64,000 nucleotides of DNA, from NCBI RefSeq assembly GCF_006345805.1, contig NC_043003.1, forward strand, positions 66,154,001-66,218,000, written 5' to 3'. Numbering within the stretch: position 1 is the first letter of the stretch; the number at the start of each line of letters is the position of its first letter. This document shows, in pieces, positions 1 to 12,585 of the stretch. Made by a program: the position numbers and the translations under genes. The notes beneath the pieces were generated by a model. It saw nothing but the letters and a program-made list of their open reading frames with translations. It had not been told where the DNA came from and did no database searches. The DNA comes from Octopus sinensis. Lineage: Eukaryota.

Positions 1-40
<40 letters not shown>

Positions 41-594
41 GGGGGGGAGAGAGAGAGAGAGATAGATAGATAGATAGATAGATAGATTTTTGAGTATCTC
101 TACCTAAATGACAAAACTATTTTGAACTAACCAACATATTTTCCAGCCAACAATCTTATGCTGTTGAGTGTTAATAAAACCGGAACCTGTTATATCCGTA
201 AACTTTGTAACATATGAATTAATTTTCTGATATTTGTTTCTTGAAATTATCTGTGATTTTCTTCGAAAACCGCTGTTTGTTAAATTTTAATTATGTGAAT
301 ATATTTTGGTTTATTCAGTCAAGTAACAAATCCATGAAATTTATATATTGGGTTTGTGTGTGTGTGTTTTTGCATGCATGTGCGTGTGTCCGTGTTTGCA
401 TTCTTTATGCGTCCGTGTCTGCGTGCGCACGCACATGCGCGTGCGTGTATGTGTATACGCGAACAAGGAATTCTGAAAGAATATAATGAGAGAAACATAG
501 AGAAGCGTCTTCTTATACACATGTCTATGTGTGTGGCGAGGAATGGTTATGTGTGGACGTATGTGTGTGCGTTCGCTTGTGTGTGTGTGTGTGT

Positions 595-648
<54 letters not shown>

Positions 649-976
649 AGTGTGTATTTATGTCTGTGTAGGGTTTTTATATGGGCAACTGTGCATGTAG
701 GATTTTTGCGTTTTTCTGACTGATGGCAAAAAAGTTTGTAAAATATGTTTTTAGTATAGATTTGTGTATGTGTGTGTGTCTGTGTGTGTCTGTGTGTGGT
801 GTGTGTGGAATTTGAGCTTCAGCACGTGTATGTATGAAATTATCCATAGATATATTACTAATACGCATGTGTGCGTTTTTTCTGACTAATATCAAATAAG
901 TGTGTAAAATATATGTGTGTGTGTGTGTGTGTTGTATGCAAGCATGCATGTGAGTGCGTGTCTGTATATGTGTATA

Positions 977-1012
<36 letters not shown>

Positions 1013-1533
1013 TAAAATATATTTAATGGTAATTTCGAAAAATTTCGAAAGACGTGTGGCAGCGTAACTGAGTAGGCATGTGGTTGAATAATTTAATTAG
1101 CTTAACATGATGGTATTTGTAAATATGTTGCAGACAGAAGGAAAATATTATTGTCGATAATGAGGTGGATTATGTACAATGATAAGAACAAGATGATGAT
1201 ATGATGGCAGCAAGAAAAAAATATATTTATATAAATATATATGAATATATATAAAAAAAATAAACAGGCATCGCAATCCACTGATTTTAGATTACGCGTT
1301 TATAACTTAGAGAAGACTAATTATATTTTAGCGATTAATAGATAAGTTTATGTATCGCAGAAACATAGAGATATACAAATAAAAATAATCGCCATAATCG
1401 TATGCGTTGCCTAGCGCATGCGCAGTAACGTATATATATGGGAGGGTGCATGGATTTCTGCATATGTGTGTGTGTGCCCAGTAAGTGTAGAAAGAATTTG
1501 ACGCGTATGCATCTATGTGTACACTTACCTACT

Positions 1534-1567
<34 letters not shown>

Positions 1568-1624
1568 AATTGAACAGAGTCAACAGGAAGGAGTACATTT
1601 AGACAGATGTTTATTAAAAACACT

Positions 1625-1662
<38 letters not shown>

Positions 1663-1856
1663 GTAAAATATGAAAAATCAACGAAAATGGACATTGTCGT
1701 TACTTGTCATAAATAGCCCTTTTTTATTTGCAACGTGCATTTTCGTTGATTTTTCATATTTTACCGTTACATTTTCACGTGTATATTATATTTTCTTTTT
1801 ATAACATATTTCTACTATATATATATATATTATATATATATATATATATTATATAT

Positions 1857-1900
<44 letters not shown>

Positions 1901-2582
1901 CATACATACATACATATATACATATATACATACATATATTGCCATTTCACTTCTCAGAGCTTCCGATTTCGCTTCTGTGAGAGCAGACAACCTGCCCTAA
2001 AGGGTCTCAAAGAGTCTTCTTCCAAGAACCAGATTCAAAATCGACGGTGACTCCAATAAAGCAGATTTCTGGGCATGTTATATATATAAAAAATAAGCAG
2101 CATCAAATTAATTAAGTCTCCGACGAAGGTTAGCTGGCCGAAGTTTAAAACTCACTGTAATTCTTCTTATAAAAGTTCGATAAATAAATATGTGAATATA
2201 TGTTTGTATGCATATATATCTCTTAGTCATATTTAAAACACGGTAAGTAATCATGAAGAATTATATAAAACTCAAGCAATCATAGAATGTTCTAAATTCA
2301 TCTTTATTGATCTGGAATAAAGATATCTTTATTACATAACGGAAGTTTATTTGGTAAAATATTCCCATATCCATGTCAATAAAGATATTTCTTCACATAA
2401 CATATCCTTCAAGAAAACCGATGAGATATCTCTACATAGTCGTTAAATCTCAGCTGGGAAATCTATAACGCTTGTGTTTCGGCGTATTGATGATATCTTT
2501 GGTACGTTCCTAAAATTATCGAAATTTCTAGATCATGATTTAAATATTTTGGATTAGCTTGGCAAAGTTAGGGAAGAATTTT

Positions 2583-2665
<83 letters not shown>

Positions 2666-2690
2666 CATACATATATATATGTATATATAT

Positions 2691-2721
<31 letters not shown>

Positions 2722-2770
2722 GTATATATATGTATATATATATATGTATATATGTACACATATATAATAT

Positions 2771-3133
2771 TCTTTTACTCTTTTATTTGTTTCACTCATT
2801 TGATTGCGGCCATGCTTGAGCACCGCCTTTAGTCGAGTAAATCGACCCCAGGACTTATTGTTTGGAAGCCTAGTATTTATTCGATCGGTCTGTTTTGCCG
2901 AATCGCTAAGTTACGGGGACTTAAACACACAAGCATCGGTTGTCAAGCAATGTTGGGGGAACAAAAACATTCACGCAAACATATATATACATATATACGA
3001 GGGGCCTCTTTCAGTTTCCGTGTACCAAATCCAATCGGAAGGCTTCCGTCGGCCCGAGGCTAAAGTAGAAGACACTTGCCCAAGGTGTCACGCGGTGGGA
3101 CTGAACTAGGAACAATGTAGTTGGTAAGCAAGC

Positions 3134-3135
<2 letters not shown>
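2771..3135 (-). mobile_element. SINE family A (bipartite, internal microsatellite)
   Basis: Reverse complement of the 3337..3723 consensus. Confidence 0.8.
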
Positions 3136-3199
<64 letters not shown>

Positions 3200-3336
3200 A
3201 CTTATTAACAAGGGCAAAAGAATAATTATCTCCATGCCAATATGCTGATAACAGACTTTAAGTCGTCAATTTCCACATATCATTATAGTAAGAAGACAAT
3301 ATTGAATACAAATTTTGGCTCAAAGCCAGAAACATT

Positions 3337-3723
3337 GGCGCAGGAGTGGCTGTGTGGTAAGCAGCTTACTTACCAACCACATGGTGTGGGCTTAGTCCCA
3401 CTGCGTGGCACCTTGGGCAAGTGTCTTCTACCGTAGCCTCGGGCCGACCAAAGCCTTGTGAATGGATTTGGTAGACGGAAATTGAAAGAAGCCCTTCGTA
3501 TATATGTATATATATATATGTATGTGTGTGTATCAATATCGCTTGACAACCGATGCTGGTGTGTTTACATCCGCGTAACTTAGCCGTTCGGCAAAAGAGA
3601 CCGATAGAATAAGTACTAAGCTTACAAAGACTAAGTCCTGGGGTCGATTTGCTCGACTAAAGGCCACGCTCCAGCATGGCCACAGATAAATGATTGAAAC
3701 AAGTAAAAGAGTAAAAGAGTAAA
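3337..3723 (+). mobile_element. SINE family A, full length
   Basis: GGCGCAGGAGTGGCTGTGTGGTAAG head, CCTTGGGCAAGTGTCTT, GGATTTGGTAGACGGAAA, internal (TA/TG)n, 3' half ending (TAAAAGAG)n. Confidence 0.85.
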
Positions 3724-3732
3724 TATATATAT

Positions 3733-4082
3733 TCTTTTACGTGTTTCGGTCCTTTGACTGAGGCCATGCTGGAACACTACAATAAAGGTGTTTTGTCGAA
3801 GAAATCGACCCCAGAATTTATTTTTTGTAAGCCTAGTACTTACTTTATCAGTCTAATTTGCCGAAAAGCTAAGTTACGGGACGTAAACACACCAGCATCA
3901 AGCGACCTTAGGAAGGCAAACTGACACATATATGTACACAACGAGCTGTTTTTCAGTTTTCCCCTAGCAAATCAACTTGGTCGATTCGAGGCTATGATAA
4001 AATACACTTACACAAGGTGCTATGCAGTGGAACTGAACCCAGTACCATGTGCTTGGGAAGCAAGCTTTTTACCGCACAACAT
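3733..4082 (-). mobile_element. SINE family A, diverged
   Basis: Reverse-complement homology to both halves. Confidence 0.7.
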
Positions 4083-4334
4083 ACATAAAAGTTTGGAATT
4101 GTTGTTACCATGTATCTTGTGAATGTATTATAATTACGTGGTCTTCAAAAAGTATGGAGTAATCCTTCAGTCTAATGTAATATTCTTTTTATTATAAATT
4201 GACATAAAATCTAACATTAATACACATACACGCACCAACATATTTATACCGATCTATCTATGAATTTTTCTCTCACTCTCTTTGTCTATACGCACACACT
4301 CACACACATGAATCATTTGCACAATGTGGAGAAT

Positions 4335-4545
4335 ACCCTACCAACATTATCGAAAATGACCTTAATACAATTCATCCAAGGCTGGGGCCACGTGCCACGC
4401 GCCTCCAACGCAATTCAGGCTCAAAACACATAAATTCACTGCAACACAATTTCTTTTCCTCATCGTGCCCTGCACCATTTAACATTGTACCAAAACAATT
4501 CAAATAAGAAAAAGAACCTATCACCTTCAAACGAAACCTGACCAT
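4335..4545 (+). pseudogene. CR1/L2-type LINE 3' relic
   Basis: HPRLGPRATRL...SLQHNFFSS.CP..FNIVPK...EPITFKRNL. Confidence 0.45.
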
Positions 4546-7314
4546 AAAGCAAATATATATATATACATATGCGTGTGTATGTGTGTATTATATTGTTAGT
4601 AATAGGCCATGCAAACCTCTTAAACCTTATTTCGCATTTACATCCATAAACATAAGAACATTTCTGCTTGTGTAGAGTCTTGAGAATTATGGTCTTACAT
4701 TAAGTTTCATTACGTTTGTATCTTTGTGTTATCCCATATCAAATATTAAGAGTGTGTGAGCTGCATTACGTCACATGTTCTATATCTGTGTATTTCTAAT
4801 GTTCATTTATGAATATATGCATATACTAATAGTTTTTTCTTTTATAATCATTTGTTTCTTTGTTCATTGTCTTACTGTTATAGCAAGTTCTGGAAGGGAA
4901 ATGCTTAGAGCTATATACAACGTTATGTAATTCTACGAAGTGGTGTGAAGAGAGGTAGGAGGAAGAATCGAAGAAAGTATTACTGTAAATAATATACAAT
5001 ACACGTCAGTAACAACGATGAGAAACATTCACGTATACACTTAAAAAACACATATATATATACACACACACTTACACGTGAACATACTCACACACATATG
5101 TATATGTGTATGTATACATCTCCAGTGTATCATGTGTGCAGATATATAGGTATGACTGATCTAATTATGCGTAAATGCCCCGTTGATTATCATAGTCTAG
5201 TTTGCTTCCAGCACTATGATTAAGTAAGTAGTAAGAATTATAAAATAGCTGTGAAATATAGAGCAAATGTAACTTAATGGAATAATGTTGTCTCTGATGC
5301 CCCGCTCTGGTTAAGTATCCATATGCACTTGAGATATACAGTGCAAGATTCCAAGCAGGATATAAGAGTGAAACCAGTAATATTATTTTCGGTTTATCTT
5401 AAAATCATATATATATATATACATATATGAAATGTAAGCAATCGTGGATGCACTTTTTCCCCAATGCTCTGGACTAATTAACTCCCTGCATGTTGCTTTG
5501 TTCGGTTAAATGTACACAAGCACCATACTTTCGCTGAGAGCAGTGGAGTAGGGTCCGCAACGTCTCGCAAAACAACTCGCACAAATGACATGTTTATAGA
5601 GATCAAATGTTTGCTCTCATAGCTCACTGTTTCAATCAAATCATTATTACCCGTACAAGTACAGAGAGTGCCAGATGCCAGCCATCGAAGTGACTGCGGA
5701 GCAACGTGAAATGAAGTATTTTTATGAAGAACACAATGCACCGACTAAGACGGTAATCGAAACCGCGATCGCACTACTCAGCCGAAAGTCGATAGCAGTT
5801 AAAGGGAGGTAAGCGTTTCCTATATCTGATACACACTGAATTCAGGTATTCATACGCAAGAAGGCGCGTGGCTTAACGGTTTGGGCAATTCGGGTCACAA
5901 GTGTAAGATCATGAGTTCGAGTTTGTTCAAGAACCTTTGTTTCACCTTCCTCCAAGGCACTCAGTTGGTAAAAATGAGCCGTGCCTATATTCCAAGGGGT
6001 CAATATTGTCGTATTATGTGATGTACTGGATCTCTATGTGAACTACTTGCAAATGTCTGTGGAGTGCTCAGCCACTTGTACGTTAATTTCACGAGGAAGC
6101 TGTTCCGTGAGATCCGATCAACCAGAACACTCGTTGTTTTAACCGATGAAGTAGATGTTTCTTTTTATTCATATGTAGTTGTATCATACAAAACACGCGT
6201 CTCTCTTCAGATATTCCCAGAATATTTACTGGAAATTCACCGGAACAACAATACTTCAATCTTTAGAAAGTATTTCAACGAAGAAATAGCAAATCCTGTA
6301 ATGTAACTGGTTTTTGCTACTCCATATGTGATGCCTGTGTCTAAATAAAACGATATAAAGTCGGTAAAACAAAAGAAAAGTGTCAATAAAAGTTTTTGTT
6401 TCCTTTCACTCCGCATGATGACCATTAATCCCTTTCTTTTGTAATGCTTGACGAATTCCTTGGACAGATTAAATTAATACGAAATATTCTCATAGTTTAT
6501 TTATACAGATAAAGAAAGAAAAAAGGAGTTTATGTCTTGTGTAAATGCTGCAACAGAAGTTATATTTCTGTCCAGTTGTTCAACTCTTGAATATAAACCA
6601 ATATATCAACAATGTATCTATATATTTGTAATTATAAAGAATATTATGATAAATGACATGTGTACATAAATGTATTATTAATAGTCATACATATGTCTCT
6701 AGACCACATGCACTTCTTCGTAGAGACATCTTTTGTATAATGTCATGATTTTATTCCCATTAATTTCATATTATATCAGAAATCTCTTTCGGTTACTAAG
6801 ATGCATTGCTGTCATTTGTTCGCAGATAATATATCTTCATGCGGTTCGATTCAATAAAGACATACCTACATACATGTCAAATATTAGGGGATATAAATGT
6901 CGACCTGATACTATATCAAAAACGAGATGGGGTAAGACAAAAGTTCAGCCTCTTTCTCTCTTATTCTTATATTTAATTTAATTCTTCAATACTAAACTAT
7001 TTAGACTATAAGTAATAGACTTTCAATGTATAGATATAGTTAAGTGTACAGCAGTAAGCATTGACTCAATTATAAGTAATAAAATCTATATAGAATTCAC
7101 CGCTGTAAACAATGATACTGTCCATTCCACTTAGAGAAACCTTTTATACAGAATTCACGTTTGGCTATTTTATTAAAACCACTAACGTCAGGCACATGGC
7201 TCCCTGTTTAATGTCTTAACAGTAGTTTCGCTTTCGTTAATACTGTGTAATCACGGCTGAATTCAATTGTGATGTCCACGTCAAATTAATTCCTTGCCCC
7301 ACTCCTCCTCTCAC

Positions 7315-7428
7315 CGCTGTCCCGCCTCCCGGACATAGAGATGATGATAGCTTCATGCCTCCCGGGTGGAATGTGAAATCACTGATATTATTCGTCTCCG
7401 AGGTAGATCCGGAATCCATACTGGTCAT
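7315..7428 (-). CDS. Candidate 114-nt phase-0 exon (MTSMDSGSTSETNNISDFTFHPGGMKLSSSLCPGGGTA), product unknown
   Basis: Polypyrimidine tract plus TCTAG acceptor at 7430-7429; GCG|GTGAGA donor at 7314; length divisible by 3; only one of three frames is open. Confidence 0.35.
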
Positions 7429-7788
7429 CTAGACTCATAGGAAAAAGCAGTAATAAAGAAAGGAATGGCATAGCTTGTCTACTAATAACATATATAACAA
7501 AGAGGCGGAGTGGGAGAGGGGGAGGAGGGTCATTAAGAGAAGGAGAAAGAAAGAAAAAAAGAAAGAAAGAAAGAAAAGATGAACAAAGAAAGAAAGTGCG
7601 AGAAAAGAAACAAACAGAATGATGATAAAAAAAAAAATGTCCTCTCTTTCTGACCCGGTATCTGAACCATGATTGACCTTAATCCTGGGTCCCTAAATTA
7701 CGAAGGGTGTCTCGTTACATTTATCATCGGAAGTATAACGGACATTGTGTGCGACAGCATGTAGACTAACCTATTTTTTCCACGATTA

Positions 7789-8013
7789 AAGATGGCGGTT
7801 TTCGGAAATCCGATCATTAAGCCAGCTTTGCACAATTCATATTCCATCCCTATTTATTGAATAGATCGGGTTTTTTTTTTCTTCTTTTTTCATTGAATAA
7901 ATCAGATTTCAATACGTACAGACGAATGCACGATAGAGTTATTTTTTCCGGTGTGTCTAGAGCATGATATATTTATATCAGGAGAAATTTAGTTCGATAA
8001 TGAAAAGGTGAGT
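7789..8013 (+). promoter_or_regulatory. Candidate promoter-proximal first exon (YY1-type motif, ATG AAA AG|GTGAGT)
   Basis: AAGATGGCGG at 7789-7798; ATG at 8000; consensus donor AAG|GTGAGT at 8007/8008. Confidence 0.3.
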
Positions 8014-8462
8014 ATTCTGGTGTTGTTATTTTTTGATTTGTTTCTTTTTTTCTTTTTGTTCTTGACCAGCTCGTGACTTGTTACTGGCATCACATCTCCA
8101 GCCAGTTCAGTGATTTACTTGAGACAATTCCCGTGCTTATTCTCAAAGCATACAGTTAGGAGCACAGACACAATTAGCATTTTATATATCTAATACCGTC
8201 CCTGCTGGTCATTCAATTACACGTGTGTGTGGGAGTGCGTGTGTATGTGTGTATGCGCGTCTGTGTATGTATGTATATATATATATATATATATATATAC
8301 ATGCATATGTATATATGTATATATACACACACACACATATATATACACATATATATATATATGTATGTACTAATATAGATGTATATATATATGTATGTAT
8401 ATATAAGCATACATACTTGTATATATGTATGTACATAGACCGATAGGCAGGTAGATAGAAGC

Positions 8463-8534
<72 letters not shown>

Positions 8535-8589
8535 ATAGATAGATGTGTATATGTAGATATAGATGTAGATGCATAGATATATGTACGTG

Positions 8590-8910
8590 TGGTTTCAGAG
8601 GCGAGGGTTGTTCGGTTGATGATCGCACGGTCGTGAGTTCGATTCCCGCCGGTACGCCTTATCTTTCAACGAAACGTTTTATTTCACGTTACTCCAGTTC
8701 ACTCAAATGCCAAAAAATGAGTGGCACCCGCAGTTCAAAGAAGCATCCATGTCACACTTTGTGTCACGTTGAATATCTCTGACAACTACGTTCATATGAT
8801 ACACATGCCTGCATATCTCTGCATCCACATGAACGTTAATTTCAGGAACAAGTTATTCTGTTGATCAGAACAACTGGAACACTTTCTCTCCAACCGACGG
8901 AGTGCCACTA
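8590..8910 (+). mobile_element. tRNA-derived SINE family C
   Basis: B box GAGTTCGATTCC, TTTATTTCACGTT body, ends CCGACGGAGTGCCAC; homologous to 5860-6165 and 52830-53216. Confidence 0.7.
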
Positions 8911-9132
8911 TATATATACATATATACATATATACATATATATACACACATACATACATACATATATGTATGTATATATATATGTATACATACACATACA
9001 TATGTATATATATATATATATATACACACATACATATAAATATATATATGTATGTATATATATATATATATATACACATACATATATATATATATGTATG
9101 TATGTATATATATATATATATATGTATGTATG

Positions 9133-9182
<50 letters not shown>

Positions 9183-9319
9183 TTTTCCTCTCATCATTTC
9201 GCTGTTGATAAATTAAGTACCAGTTTAGTATTGGGGTCGATGTAATAATAGGCTTACCCTTCCCCCAAAATTCTACCTCTGTGCGAACATTTGAAAGTAC
9301 TATGTTCAAGTCAATTAAG

Positions 9320-10085
9320 GTGATCTGGCAAAATCGTTAGCACGCCGGGCGAAATGCTTAGTGGTATTTCGTCTGCCGCTACGTTCTGAGTTCAAATTCC
9401 ATCGAGGTCGACTTTGCCTTTCATCCTTTCGGTGTCGATTAAATAAGTACCTGTTACGCACTGGGGTCGATATAATCGACTTAAACCGTTTGTCTGTCCT
9501 TGTTTGTCCCCTCTGTGTTTAGCCCCTTGTGGGTAGTAAAAAAATAGGTATTTCGTCTGTCGCTACGTTCTGAGTTTAAATTCCGCCGAGGTCGACATTG
9601 CCTTTCATCCTTTCGGTGTCGATTAAATAAGTACCTGTTACGCACTGGGATCGATATAATCGACTTAATCCGTTTGTCTGTCCTTTGTTTGTCCTCTCTG
9701 TGTTTAGCCCCTTGTGTTTAGTAAAGAAATAGGTATTTCGTCTGCCGCTACGTTCTGAGTTCAAATTCCGCCGAGGTCGACTTTGCCTTTCATCATTTTG
9801 GGGTCGATTAAATAAGTACCAGTTATGCACTGAGGTCGATACAGTCGACTTAATCCGTTTGTCTGTCCTTGTTTGTCCTCTCTGTTTAGCCCCTTGTGGG
9901 TAGTAAAGAAATAGGTATTTTGTCTGCCGCTACGTTCTGAGTTCAAATTCCACCGAGGTCGATTTTGCCTTTCATCCTTTCGGTGTCGATTAATTAAGTA
10001 TCAGTTGCGTACCGGTTCCATCTAATCGACTGCTCTCCTCCGCCAGAATTTCGGGCCTTGTTCCTAGAATAGAAAAGAATATTAT
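9320..10085 (+). mobile_element. tRNA-derived SINE family B: head plus four tandem ~184-bp bodies
   Basis: A-box-like head, B box GAGTTCAAATTCC in each unit; units start at 9364, 9548, 9733 and 9915; single terminal tail. Confidence 0.85.
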
Positions 10086-10097
10086 ACTCAGTATAAA

Positions 10098-10312
10098 GAC
10101 GGCTGGGTGGCAGAATCATGAGCACACTGGACGAAATGCTTAGCAGTATTTCGCCCATTACTACGTTCTGAGTTCAAATTCCACCGAGGTCGACTTTGCC
10201 TTTCATCCTTTCGAGGTCGATAAAATAAGTACCTGTTGGACACCGGGGTCGATGTTATCGACTCATCCCCACCTCCTCCAAGTTGCCCTTGTGGCAAAAA
10301 TTTGTGATATAC
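10098..10312 (+). mobile_element. SINE family B monomer
   Basis: Head, B box, GCCTTTCATCCTTTCG.GGTCGAT body and tail. Confidence 0.8.
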
Positions 10313-10623
10313 TAACTTTCCTGGTATTTCTAATTATATGTGCTTGTAAAGAAAGAGTTTATCTCTCACAACACAATATGCCCCACCCTCATACACACAC
10401 ACGTGTATTAGGTTGTCAGATAAATTCGTTCTCATTTTTTTGCTATGTGGTATTCTTTCGTTATTTGTTAGAAAAGTGGTAAAATTTATTCAAATTTGAG
10501 AACTGGCAAATAAAGGTTATAGAGAGAGAAATGGGGTACTAAAAACAACCCAAAACCTCTACGATAAACTATTCAATGTTTGTCTGATAAAATAAAGAAC
10601 AAATATTCGTATATTGATTTATA

Positions 10624-11020
10624 AGCGCAGGTGTGGTTGCGTGGTAAGAAATTTGTTTCTCAAACATGCTTCAAGGTTCAATTCTGCAGCGTGACAACTT
10701 GGACAAGTGTCTTCTACTACAGCCTGGAGCTGACCAAAGACTTGTGAGTGGATTTGGTTGACAAAAACTGTAAGAAGCTTGTCGTGTATATATATATAAT
10801 CACATCTGCGCTTATATATATATATATGTGTGTGTGTGTGTATATGCGTGTGTGTGTGTGCAACTTTGTGTATATTCCTTACCAACAAGTGATGGTGTGT
10901 TTGCGTTCGTGTAAGCCAGTGGCTTAGCAAAATAGACATTTAAAGTATATAACAAGCCTCAAATACATTCATCCAAAACATGTTCAAGGCGGTGGCCCAG
11001 CATGACGACAGCCTAATGAG
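10624..11020 (+). mobile_element. SINE family A, diverged
   Basis: Head, internal (TA)(TG) tract and 3' half. Confidence 0.7.
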
Positions 11021-11158
11021 TAAAGATTTATTCTCATTATGTCTAGGCATGTCCAGAAGCCAAATATGCTAGTCGTTGTAGTGTACATCAAAGGAAAAAA
11101 GCTTCACTGTTTCATGGCGATAGTGTGTTCAACTCAATTGACTCATTAGCGCATATGA

Positions 11159-11205
11159 TTCTCGGACACCGGGTGTTTCGACATGCTGTGTCTCATCAGC
11201 TAGAA
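11159..11205 (-). ncRNA. Type-I hammerhead ribozyme with canonical core
   Basis: Minus strand TTCTAG-CTGATGA-GACA(CAGCA)TGTC-GAAA-CACCCGGTG-TC-CGAGAA: G10.1-C11.1 pair, 4-bp stem II, GUC site, 6-bp stem I with one mismatch. Confidence 0.75.
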
Positions 11206-11899
11206 AATAATCTGGATCTTTAAATGTAGCCAAGATTCTCATCTCTCTTTATACTTTCAGCGAATAGAATGTTTGCTAATCAGTGCTTATATGGATACGA
11301 CCGCGTACAGGGAGATAACGCTATCGTCACAAAGAGTTTTTCCTACTTTGGCCGACAATATAGCGATTATTGTATTTATCCTCTGAATCTGCTTGTTGAT
11401 TTCAAATTCTGTAAGAAGGCTAGCGATGTAGGCGAGTGGGGTGGAATACATCGATTACATCGACCCCAGTGCTCAAGTGGTATTTATTTTATTGAGCTCG
11501 AAGGATGAAATGCAAAGTTGACGCCGACAGCACTTGAACTCTGAACATGAAGTTGGATGAAATGTCGCTTGACATATTATCTGGCGCAGTAACGACTCTA
11601 CAAGCATGCCACCTTAACATGCCTAGACGTAGTAGAAATAAATATGTCAATAGTTTTCCTATATTTCGCTGTACACAATGAAATAACGATTTCAAAAAAA
11701 AAAAAAACAATTTATCGGAGAAGACGTCATGCTCTCATTGCTAAAATACAATTGTATGTACCTGTAGATTCTTTAATGATGATAAAAGAACAATTAGTTT
11801 GACTTTGGAAAATAACTTATTCGAGGTATTTCATGATTAAAGTTATAAATTGGAGTCTTCTCATCGGTAGATAGGAATAATTAATTAGTCATTCCATCT

Positions 11900-12165
11900 G
11901 TGACAATCCATGTGGATTAAGCTGTACATTATCCAAGATATCCTTTAATTTTTGAGGCTTTATGGAGCATTATCTTTGGTGGAATACATCTTGCTTTCTG
12001 TTGATTTTCCTGGTGCTCTTTCATGCCTTATTGGTAAAGAGAACTGTTGGTAAAACTAAGCTATTACAGAGCTGGATTTTTTAGTGTAGGCCGTCAGTGT
12101 TGGAGGAGCACATAGTGCACATTCCCTGGAATATGGCTTTGCTTGTTCAATCTCAGACACTTTTG
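11900..12165 (-). pseudogene. RTE-clade LINE relic (post-RT region)
   Basis: Minus translation RIEQAKAIF...KIQLCNSLVLPTVLF...QDVFHQR resembles the RTE ORF2 C-terminus. Confidence 0.5.
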
Positions 12166-12239
12166 TTGTTGCCTTTGTTATTGGTGATGCAACCCAGACT
12201 TGTACATATGTCTACTCTCGATAATTTGCCGATTAATTT

Positions 12240-12585
12240 TTACGAACATTGTTTCAGGATGTGTTTTATTTAAGATATTTAAGAAAGATTCTGAGTATGT
12301 ACCAGCACGACCATGTAACCAATGAAGATATTCTAAAGAAAGCCAAGACAATATCATTTCGCGAAATCATCTCAGTATTAAGATTAAAAGAAACAGGTTG
12401 CATACTTTGGCTACCAAAACAACGTCATGAAAGAACAGTTTCCAAATGCACAGCACCATATCTAAGAAGAGAGGAATACGGACAATTAAATGTTGCAGAA
12501 CATTCCTAACTTATATGAGAGAGATCAATATCACATACCCAGATGCGGAGAAGATTGCACCCAACAGAAACCAGTGGCGTTAAAT
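12240..12585 (+). pseudogene. RTE-clade LINE 3' relic
   Basis: YLRKILSMYQHDHVTNEDILKKAK...RLK...LPKQR matches the RTE pattern CLRRIL.I.W.D.V.NEEVL.RA. Confidence 0.55.

Noticed and set aside
1940-2545. PLE relic (FRRIDDIFGTF; hammerhead-like CCGACGAAGG...CCGAAG at ~2130)
   Set aside because: Suggestive but too short and decayed to annotate; mentioned only as a weak motif.
9364-10020. Regularly spaced ~184-bp repeats as a CRISPR array or rRNA/tRNA cluster
   Set aside because: The whole unit repeats with no unique spacers, the same unit occurs as dispersed SINE monomers, and there are no cas genes in this eukaryotic context.
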